From assembly GCA_030608005.1 (NCBI GenBank), contig JAUWIX010000001.1:14375-78374 (forward strand): 64,000 nucleotides of DNA. Direction: 5' to 3'. Below the pieces are notes generated by a model that was not told the origin of the DNA, searched no databases, and saw nothing but the letters and a program-made list of their open reading frames with translations. Origin of the DNA: Dehalococcoidia bacterium (GTDB lineage Bacteria > Chloroflexota > Dehalococcoidia > Dehalococcoidales > BS750m-G39). Positions 50,874-57,574 of the stretch are shown in pieces; the stretch's first letter is position 1, and every line of letters starts with the position of its first letter. Made by a program: the position numbers and the translations under genes.

Positions 50874-52049
50874 ATGAAGTTAGTGGTTGTGGGTCTTGGA
50901 CAATGCGGCGACAGGATTGCTGATGAGTTTGCCCGACTAAATAGAAGGGCACGTAGTCAGCGCGGGGTTGAGATAATTACCGGTGCCTTCGCTGTAAACA
51001 CTGATGCCGCTGACTTAAGTGGGCTACAAACTATAAAAGCTGATTACCAGCATAGAATCCTCATCGGAACTCGAAGGACCGGGGGCCATGGTGTAGGTAA
51101 AATAAATGAGCTGGGGGCTGAAATAGCCAAAGAGGACAGCGATAAGATTATAGATGCCATAAGAACAGCCCAGCGCTTCTTTGAGACCGATGCCTTCTTA
51201 TTGGTCGCCGGTGCTGCCGGCGGCACTGGCTCAGGGGGAATACCGATAGTTGCCCAGATGATAAGGGAGCGCTATGTGTCTAAGCCAATCTATGCCCTGA
51301 CTATTCTCCCCTTCGCTCATGAAGAGGAAACTGAGGAAAGAACTGTTTATAATTCAGCCACTTGCCTTAAGTCCCTCTATCCAGAGGTCGATGCCGTCTT
51401 TCTGGCTGACAATCAAAGGTATATCGGCAAGGACTTCTCGCTTACAAATAACCTATCTAAGATCAATACCTTAATAGTTGACTCATTCTACAACTTGCTC
51501 TGCGCTGGTGAAGAGACAAAACGCAAGCATATTGGGGCAAGGACGGTTGATGCCGGAGACATAATACAGACTTTGGTAGGCTGGACAGTAATAGGCTATG
51601 GCAAATCACCATTGCCTATCTTCAGGTGGTTTCCCTTCTTCGGAAGAAACTTCATAAAGAAGAGTATTGAAACTCACCGAGGAATCCGGGCCATGGATGA
51701 AGCCATAAGTGAGCTGTCAGCTAAATGCATTCCTTCGGATTCAGGTAGAGCCCTATACCTCGTCTCGGCACCACCTAGAGACATGAATATGGACCTGGTT
51801 AAGGACCTGGGAAATTATCTGAAAGATATAGCTCCAGAGGCAGTGATAAGGAACGGCGATTATCCCAGGCAAAAGAGCTTGATTGATGTAACCCTAATTC
51901 TGTCTGAGCTTAATATTGTGGATAAGGTAAAGGGGTACTATAACAAGGCAAGCGGCGTTGTTCACGAGCTTAAAGGAAGGCGAGACGAGTTCGAGCGCAA
52001 ACTTAGAGAAATAGAGGAGGCATCAAAGGACCTACCCTCATTAATATAA
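50874..52049 (+). CDS. tubulin/FtsZ-superfamily GTPase, CetZ/tubulin-like, paralog 2
   Basis: T1 GLGQCG, GHGVG, T4 AGGTGSG, LPFAHEE, LADNQRY, T7-like TVDAGDIIQTL, and RNGDYPRQK. The helical tail ends in KDLPSLI. Confidence 0.85.
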   Translation: MKLVVVGLGQCGDRIADEFARLNRRARSQRGVEIITGAFAVNTDAADLSGLQTIKADYQHRILIGTRRTGGHGVGKINELGAEIAKEDSDKIIDAIRTAQRFFETDAFLLVAGAAGGTGSGGIPIVAQMIRERYVSKPIYALTILPFAHEEETEERTVYNSATCLKSLYPEVDAVFLADNQRYIGKDFSLTNNLSKINTLIVDSFYNLLCAGEETKRKHIGARTVDAGDIIQTLVGWTVIGYGKSPLPIFRWFPFFGRNFIKKSIETHRGIRAMDEAISELSAKCIPSDSGRALYLVSAPPRDMNMDLVKDLGNYLKDIAPEAVIRNGDYPRQKSLIDVTLILSELNIVDKVKGYYNKASGVVHELKGRRDEFERKLREIEEASKDLPSLI

Positions 52050-52072
52050 ACAGGCTATCCAAGCCCATTTTG

Positions 52073-52133
52073 CCAGCTTTACTAGTTAAGGCAGAGCCAA
52101 AGAGTGATTCAGACTAGTAAAGCTGGTTTTTTT
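52073..52133 (+). terminator. rho-independent terminator after the tubulin-like pair
   Basis: Perfect 14-bp stem CCAGCTTTACTAGT (52073-52086) / ACTAGTAAAGCTGG (52113-52126), followed by T7 (52127-52133). Confidence 0.8.
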
Positions 52134-52220
52134 ATTTAATAACCAGGAAATTCAGTCTTATATGCTCAGAAACCCCCTTTGGAAACCAGATAATATGGGG
52201 TATAATAAAAGCAAACGAAA

Positions 52221-53792
52221 ATGGCATCCCAAGTTTTTTATCGTAAGTGGCGTCCCCAAACCTTAGCTGAGATAGTTGGTCAGGAACAGGTAACACAAAC
52301 TCTGAGTAATGCCCTCAGTAGTGGTCGCGTGTCTCATGCCTATCTTTTCTATGGTCCACGAGGAACAGGCAAGACCAGCACTGGGCGTATTCTGGCTAAG
52401 GCGGTGAACTGCCTTACCAATGGCAGAGGCGAACCCTGTAATGCTTGTGAGATATGCCGGGCAATAACCGAGGGCAGGGCTTTGGATGTGATAGAGATTG
52501 ATGCTGCCAGTAACCGTGGCATTGATGAAATCAGAGACCTTCGCCAGAGGGTTAACTATGCCCCCAACCAAGCCCGCTACAAGGTCTATATTATAGACGA
52601 GGTTCATATGCTCACCAAGGAAGCCTCCAATGCCCTGCTCAAGACCCTTGAGGAACCGCCACCCTATGTTATCTTCATTCTAGCTACCACTGAAGTCCAT
52701 AAAGTCCAGCCCACAATTCTATCCCGATGCCAGCGCTTCGACTTCAGGCGTATTTCTCGGGCAGATGTAGTCTCAAAACTAACCCGTATTTGCGAGGTGG
52801 AAGGTATTCACATAGAGCCAGAAGGACTACGGCTTATTGCCAAAAGCGCTACCGGTAGCTTGCGAGATGCCGAAAACCTGCTGGAACAATTAACCACCTA
52901 CTATGGCACAGAAATTGGGCTCCGCCAGGTTCAGGCCATCCTGGGTATCACCGGAGACCAGAGAGCTAGGGAGCTGGTTCGGCACATTGTAAATAATGAT
53001 ATTTCTGCCGGGGTATCAACTATAAACAGTGCCAATAGCGATGGTCTGGATTTGCACCAATTTAATCGAGAAGTGGTGGAATACCTCAGAGAATTACTGC
53101 TGATAAAGACCGGCTCCGAGGAAGCCGTAGACCTCACCACCGAGGACATAGCTGAACTGAAGGGTCTAGCGGCTAGAGCTTCCCTGGCCCACATATTGAG
53201 GGCAGTAAAGCTCTTTGGTCAGCTCGAGCTTGGTTTTGATAACTACTCCACCTTACCCCTGGAGCTAGCCCTGGTTGACTGTGCCCAACCATCGGTTGAG
53301 GAAAGAGAAAGCCCCCCCACTCAACCCGAATATCAACCTCCCCAGCCGGTAAAAGAGGTCTCCCCACCCACACAGCAACTGGTCAAACCCGAGCCAGCCA
53401 CTGTGCCCAAGGTAGTGCCACCAAAGGCAGAGGGTATTCCTACCACCCCACCAGAACTCAGTAATGAGATTGAGCGATTGAGACTAAATTGGAGACAGGT
53501 TATTGAGCAAGCGCCGGAGAATGCTAAAAGAACCCCCGCTATTGCTATTCTTAGAAGCGCTGGGGTTAAACCGATGGCAATCGAAGGTGATACTGTGGTC
53601 TTAGCCTTTAGATATCCCATTCACAAGGAGAAGATGGAGCAAGTTGAAAACCAACAGGTTGCCGAGAAAATCATAAGCAACTTCCTGGGGCATCCCTGCC
53701 ATGTGCGCTGCATCTATGAGCCAGAAAACAATCACCTAGTGGAAGCAGCAAAAAAGATGGGCGCCCAGATTGTTAGCGTGGAGGAGAAATGA
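52221..53792 (+). CDS. dnaX: DNA polymerase III subunit gamma/tau
   Basis: YRKWRPQ, GPRGTGKTS, the Zn module C...C..C..C, the SRCQRF sensor motif, and a Pro-rich linker. Length is 523 aa. Confidence 0.94.
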   Translation: MASQVFYRKWRPQTLAEIVGQEQVTQTLSNALSSGRVSHAYLFYGPRGTGKTSTGRILAKAVNCLTNGRGEPCNACEICRAITEGRALDVIEIDAASNRGIDEIRDLRQRVNYAPNQARYKVYIIDEVHMLTKEASNALLKTLEEPPPYVIFILATTEVHKVQPTILSRCQRFDFRRISRADVVSKLTRICEVEGIHIEPEGLRLIAKSATGSLRDAENLLEQLTTYYGTEIGLRQVQAILGITGDQRARELVRHIVNNDISAGVSTINSANSDGLDLHQFNREVVEYLRELLLIKTGSEEAVDLTTEDIAELKGLAARASLAHILRAVKLFGQLELGFDNYSTLPLELALVDCAQPSVEERESPPTQPEYQPPQPVKEVSPPTQQLVKPEPATVPKVVPPKAEGIPTTPPELSNEIERLRLNWRQVIEQAPENAKRTPAIAILRSAGVKPMAIEGDTVVLAFRYPIHKEKMEQVENQQVAEKIISNFLGHPCHVRCIYEPENNHLVEAAKKMGAQIVSVEEK

Positions 53793-54094
53793 ATAGGTTT
53801 ATGATGCGCCAAGCCCAAGAGCTTCAGGCAAAGCTAGCCAAAGCTCAACAAGAGTTAGCCGACACTACGGTGGAAGCATCTTCAGGAGGAGGCGCAGTTA
53901 AGGTTACTATCAATGGTCAACTGAAAATACAGTCGGTAAAAATATCGCCTGAGGCGATAAGTGCTGATGATGTGGAACTGCTGGAGGATTTGGTATTAAC
54001 TGCGGTAAGCGGAGCCATCACCAAATCCAAGGAGCTTGCCGCCGAGCGTCTTGGTAAATTAACTGGTGGTCTCAACATCCCAGGGCTAACCTGA
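53789..54094 (+). CDS. ybaB: YbaB/EbfC-family nucleoid-associated protein
   Basis: 101 aa. [10 protein letters not shown]...AQ.EL......A.SGGG.VKV..NG. It sits in the canonical dnaX-ybaB-recR position. Confidence 0.9.
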   Translation: MNRFMMRQAQELQAKLAKAQQELADTTVEASSGGGAVKVTINGQLKIQSVKISPEAISADDVELLEDLVLTAVSGAITKSKELAAERLGKLTGGLNIPGLT

Positions 54095-54116
54095 TATACC
54101 GAGACTGCTTATTTCA

Positions 54117-54203
54117 GGTAGCTTGAAGGGGCAAAGCCCCTTCGAAACCTATTCCTTCTTCCTCTCCTTTGAAGAGAGGAGGATAAAGGGGGTGAGGTTG
54201 AAC
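54117..54203 (+). repeat. composite intergenic repeat, forward, GGTAG-TTGAAGGGG subfamily
   Basis: Hairpin A is gaagggg-caaa-gccccttc. Hairpin B is cctctcc-tttgaag-agaggagg. The tail is ataaagggggtgaggttgaac. The ORF-track recR start at 54123 lies inside this repeat. Confidence 0.85.
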
Positions 54204-54212
54204 CAGAGTCTC

Positions 54213-54809
54213 ATGCCTACCGCCGAAGCGGTATATAAGCTTATCCAGGAACTAAACAAACTGCCTGGCATCGGACCAAAAAGCGCCCAGCGGCTTGCCT
54301 ACCATCTGCTCCGAACTCCAGAAGAGCAAACCAAGCTCCTAGCTGACGCCATACTATTGGTAAAGCAAAAGACCAAGCTGTGCTCCGTTTGTTTTAATAT
54401 TACAGACTCCGACCCCTGCCTCATCTGCTGCAGCGACCAACGAGACCATAGCAAGATTTGCATTGTGGAACAACCCCAGGACATCGTGGCTCTGGAGCAT
54501 ACCAAAACCTATAACGGGCGTTATCATGTGCTCCACGGCGCCATCTCGCCCACCGAAGGAGTAGGAGCTGACGATATAAGAATCAAAGAGCTTATGAAGC
54601 GGTTACAGGGTGGCTCAATAAGTGAAGTCATCCTGGCTACCAACCCCAATCTTGAGGGGGAACAAACCGCTATGTATCTAAATAAGCTGATTTCACCCCT
54701 GGGCATCAGGGTTACCCGCCTTGCCCGGGGACTCCCCTTCGGCACCGAACTGGAATATGCCGACGATGTTACCCTCACCAGAGCCATTGAGGGAAGACAA
54801 GAGTTTTAG
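54213..54809 (+). CDS. recR: recombination protein RecR
   Basis: [21 protein letters not shown] helix-hairpin-helix motif, a C4 Zn finger C..C....D...C..C, and a Toprim domain. The ATG at 54213 (MPTAEAVY) is the start I accept. Confidence 0.92.
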   Translation: MPTAEAVYKLIQELNKLPGIGPKSAQRLAYHLLRTPEEQTKLLADAILLVKQKTKLCSVCFNITDSDPCLICCSDQRDHSKICIVEQPQDIVALEHTKTYNGRYHVLHGAISPTEGVGADDIRIKELMKRLQGGSISEVILATNPNLEGEQTAMYLNKLISPLGIRVTRLARGLPFGTELEYADDVTLTRAIEGRQEF

Positions 54810-54850
54810 CTTCGTTCACCAGGCTTAAAAAATTCTAGGAGGTAATTGAT

Positions 54851-55162
54851 ATGCCCGAAGAGAAAGAAATTCCTGAATTTTATTCAGATGAATTTCAAGT
54901 TATCAGTGGACCTTATGGTGTGGTAATTAACTTTAGAAAGAGCCCTCGTGAACCAGGTCCGGGCAAAGTGCCTGAAACAGTGGTAACCATTCGGATGAGC
55001 CATGAGCACACTAAAACCATGACTTTCATTCTTTCCCGGCACATCAAGAGGATAGAGCGAGATAGTGGCGTTTCCTATCCCGTGCCAGGAAAGGTGCTTT
55101 CAAACCTAGGCATAGCACCAGAAGATTGGGAAAGCTTTTGGAAGACAGTCTCTGAGATATGA
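54851..55162 (+). CDS. DUF3467-like small protein
   Basis: 103 aa. FYSDEFQVISGPYGVVINF ... V..IRMSHEHTKTM...L..HI...E resembles DUF3467. A strong AGGAGG Shine-Dalgarno precedes it. Confidence 0.55.
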   Translation: MPEEKEIPEFYSDEFQVISGPYGVVINFRKSPREPGPGKVPETVVTIRMSHEHTKTMTFILSRHIKRIERDSGVSYPVPGKVLSNLGIAPEDWESFWKTVSEI

Positions 55163-55165
55163 ATA

Positions 55166-55221
55166 AAAGTAGTTGAAATGTCCAAGCCCTGAAACTACCA
55201 GACTTAGACCGTAATAAAAAG
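55166..55221 (+). pseudogene. orphan, decayed copy (A) of the recO 5' end
   Basis: aaAGTAGttgaaATGTCCAAGCCCTGAAACTACCAGACTTAGACC aligns with aaAGTAGcaaaaATGTCTAAGCCCCGGAATTATCAGACTGAAGCA at 56689. It contains two in-frame stops. Confidence 0.8.
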
Positions 55222-55308
55222 GGTAGATTGAAGGGGCTTCGCCCCTTCAAAACCCATACTCCCCCCTCTCCTTTCAAGGAGGGGAGGATAAAGGGGGAGA
55301 GGTTCAAC
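55222..55308 (+). repeat. composite intergenic repeat, forward, GGTAGATTGAAGGGG subfamily
   Basis: Hairpin A is gaagggg-cttc-gccccttc. Hairpin B is cccctctcc-tttcaa-ggaggggagg. The tail is ataaagggggagaggttcaac. It is about 90% identical to the copy at 55948-56034. Confidence 0.88.
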
Positions 55309-55326
55309 TTTAAGCGGAGAATAATA

Positions 55327-55881
55327 GTGATATTAGAGTATAAGGAAGATATAAGCTCAGATTTTGAAGGAACGATTATTGATATCGAGACTGTTGGGGA
55401 ATTTAACGGGCAGTACCGAGGCACCCATGATTCGAGGGAATATCAGTATATGCAGCAGGTCATCTTTGGATTTATTAATCGGCAAGGTCTTCACATATCA
55501 TGTGCAAAGGGTATGGAAGCGATTGCTGAACTAAACGAAAAAGCAGAAAAGCTCATAGATCTATTACAAAGACCTTTCTATGCGTTCCAAAGTGAGTTTG
55601 AAAGAGGTGTTTTGTTTCACCAGCTTGGTAAAAGGATTGATTTCGATGGCGAACTACAATGTTATAGAGGAGAATCAAAAGGAAAGGCGAGAACTGAATT
55701 AGATATCCCTAATTATGGTGATCCTTTTAATGATGTGGGTAAACTATGCATGCAAGCTTGGTTAAGGGGAGAATTTGATAAAGCAATAGCACATAACAGA
55801 GCTTGCCTCTTAAAAGAAAGGGATATTTTGATAAAAAGAGGATTTAGAAAACCAAAGGACTTAAAATTTGTTCCAGAATAG
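55327..55881 (+). CDS. RNase H-like / DEDD-type exonuclease-fold protein (cassette 1 cargo)
   Basis: About 184 aa from GTG 55327 (GGAGA Shine-Dalgarno 6 nt upstream). GTIIDIETVG, FYAFQSEFERGVL and AIAHNRACLLKE resemble the three exo motifs of YprB/RNase_H_2-type proteins. The ORF-track start at 55228 lies in the repeat. Confidence 0.5.
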   Translation: MILEYKEDISSDFEGTIIDIETVGEFNGQYRGTHDSREYQYMQQVIFGFINRQGLHISCAKGMEAIAELNEKAEKLIDLLQRPFYAFQSEFERGVLFHQLGKRIDFDGELQCYRGESKGKARTELDIPNYGDPFNDVGKLCMQAWLRGEFDKAIAHNRACLLKERDILIKRGFRKPKDLKFVPE

Positions 55882-55947
55882 TAGTAAAAATGTCCAAACC
55901 AAGAAATTACCAAACAGAAGCTATCATTAAAAGGTTGTTTATCAAAA
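55878..55947 (+). pseudogene. orphan copy (B) of the recO 5' end; encodes the identical first 13 residues
   Basis: ATGTCCAAACCAAGAAATTACCAAACAGAAGCTATCATT encodes MSKPRNYQTEAII, the same peptide as recO codons 1-13. Nine codons differ, all synonymously. The reading frame then runs into the repeat and stops at 55950-55952. Confidence 0.85.
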
Positions 55948-56034
55948 GGTAGATTGAAGGGGCTTCGCCCCTTCAAAACCTATACTTTCCCCTCTCCTTT
56001 CAAGGAGAGGGGAATAAAGGGGGAGAGGTTCAAT
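55948..56034 (+). repeat. composite intergenic repeat, forward, GGTAGATTGAAGGGG subfamily
   Basis: Hairpin A is gaagggg-cttc-gccccttc. Hairpin B is cccctctcc-tttcaa-ggagagggg. The tail is aataaagggggagaggttcaat. Confidence 0.88.
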
Positions 56035-56119
56035 TCAAGCAAGGTAAACTCGGATTAGGCGAATAGTGAGTTCGTCTATGTGGCTGTTAGGCGAAATCCC
56101 ATAATAGGAGGAAACTACC

Positions 56120-56651
56120 GTGGATAAACCAACGTCCAATTTTCATTTCAAGTTCATGTCTTTTGGTTACAAATTTCGCGATTTTTTCTTGCCCCGCAAG
56201 AATATCTTGAAAGAGGTGGGGGTAAAACCAGGGTTTCATGTACTTGATTATGGCTGTGGTCCCGGGGGTTATATAATCGCTGCTGCCGAATTTGTGGGCA
56301 AATCAGGGAAGATTTACGCTCTGGATATCCATCCACTGGCAATTCAGATGGTTCAGAGTATCGCTTCAAAAAAAGCAACTGACGAATGTGGAAACCATTT
56401 GTTCCGATTGCAAAACTGGATTACCAGATAATAGCATAGATGTAGTTCTCTTATACGATACTCTTCACACGTTGAGTGACCCAAATGGAGTATTAGAAAA
56501 GTTACACCGAGTATTAAAACCAAATGGAATTCTATCCTTCAGTGACCATCATATGAAAGAAAATGAAATATTGTCTAAGGTAACAAACAGAGGATTGTTT
56601 AGGCTATCGAGAAAAGGCAAGATAACATACAGTTTCTTGAAAGAGGAGTAG
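56120..56651 (+). pseudogene. class I SAM-dependent methyltransferase, frameshifted in an A7 tract (cassette 2 cargo)
   Basis: Motif I VLDYGCGPGGY lies in the first frame (56120-56431). The post-I motifs (SIDVVLLYDTLH, LKPNGIL) lie in the +1 frame (to 56651). Removing one A from the A7 run at 56368-56374 gives a continuous ~176-aa protein (...IASKKQLTNVE...). Confidence 0.75.
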
Positions 56652-56700
56652 TAATGGACGACTTCGCAAAGCCCAGCAATATTAAACGAAAGTAGCAAAA

Positions 56701-57495
56701 ATGTCTAAGCCCCGGAATTATCAGACTGAAGCAATTATTATTAAGAAGATTAAGCTGGGGGAGGCGGATAGAATCCTTACCCTCTACACTCCACACCTGG
56801 GCAAGATTCAGGCAGTAGCCAAAGGGGTCAGGCGCCCCAGAAGTAAGCTCGCTGGACACCTTGAGCTGCTCACCCATAGCCTGGTGTCACTAGCTCGTGG
56901 TCGAAATATTGATACCATAATCGGGAGCCAAACCATCAATAGCTTTCTGCCGCTGAAGAGCGACCTGCAGCTTTCTTCCTATGCCCTTTATGCCACCGAG
57001 CTAGTTAATCAATTTACCGCCGAGAATATTGAAAACTATCCCCTGTTTGAGTTACTGCTTGAGACCATGCATCGCTTATGCCAGGGTGACGATAATGAGC
57101 TGGTCCTGCGCTATTTTGAACTGCACCTGCTAGATAAGGTTGGCTACCGCCCCCAGCTTCAGCAGTGTGTCTCCTGTCGCTTACCGCTAAAAGCCACCAC
57201 CAACTCATTCTGCCCCAGCGCTGGTGGCATGCTGTGCCCCATTTGCAGTCAAAGCCAACCTTTGACCTATCCCCTTTCGGTAAATGCACAAAAAGTGCTA
57301 CAACTATTACAGAACAGCGACTATAACACTGTCAGCAGACTAAAAATAAACCCGGAACTATCTCATCAGCTAGAGATGGTGATGAGGAATTACCTTAGAT
57401 ACCTCTTGGAAAGAGAGATAAAATCAACAGCTTGGCTGGATACCCTAAGAGAACAAACAAGGCGAGCGGCATTTAGCCAAATCGCTCTACTATAG
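56701..57495 (+). CDS. recO: DNA repair protein RecO
   Basis: 264 aa. The N-terminal OB fold (EAIIIKKIKLGEADRILTLYT...GKI.AVAKGVRR..SK) and the Zn motif C..C......F....GG..C..C are present. Confidence 0.9.
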   Translation: MSKPRNYQTEAIIIKKIKLGEADRILTLYTPHLGKIQAVAKGVRRPRSKLAGHLELLTHSLVSLARGRNIDTIIGSQTINSFLPLKSDLQLSSYALYATELVNQFTAENIENYPLFELLLETMHRLCQGDDNELVLRYFELHLLDKVGYRPQLQQCVSCRLPLKATTNSFCPSAGGMLCPICSQSQPLTYPLSVNAQKVLQLLQNSDYNTVSRLKINPELSHQLEMVMRNYLRYLLEREIKSTAWLDTLREQTRRAAFSQIALL

Positions 57496-57574
57496 AATAA
57501 AGATGAAATACAGATGATATGCGGCTGGGGGTTTGGAACTCTCAGCCTTTTTGCTATATACTAAGTAAAATAAG

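Noticed and set aside
53750-53756. An A-AAA-AAG heptamer in the correct phase inside dnaX, identical to the E. coli dnaX programmed -1 frameshift site.
   Set aside because: It lies only 12 codons before the normal stop. A -1 shift would terminate about 7 codons later, so it cannot generate a shortened gamma subunit. No downstream stem-loop is evident. It is most likely coincidental.
54123-54212. The ORF-track N-terminal extension of recR ([30 protein letters not shown]), and the analogous extension at 55228-55326.
   Set aside because: Both extensions are translations of the intergenic repeat element, and the same peptide-like strings recur wherever the repeat occurs. The conserved RecR sequence starts at the ATG at 54213. 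The exonuclease-like gene has a proper Shine-Dalgarno before the GTG at 55327.
56730-56750. Similarity between the recO sequence just after the duplicated segment (AGATTAAGCTGGGGGAGGCG) and the start of the repeat element (AGATTGAAGGGGCTTCGCC), as a possible insertion-site microhomology.
   Set aside because: The match is short and gapped, with about 12 of 19 positions agreeing, and G-rich strings are common here. It cannot be distinguished from chance without more insertion sites.
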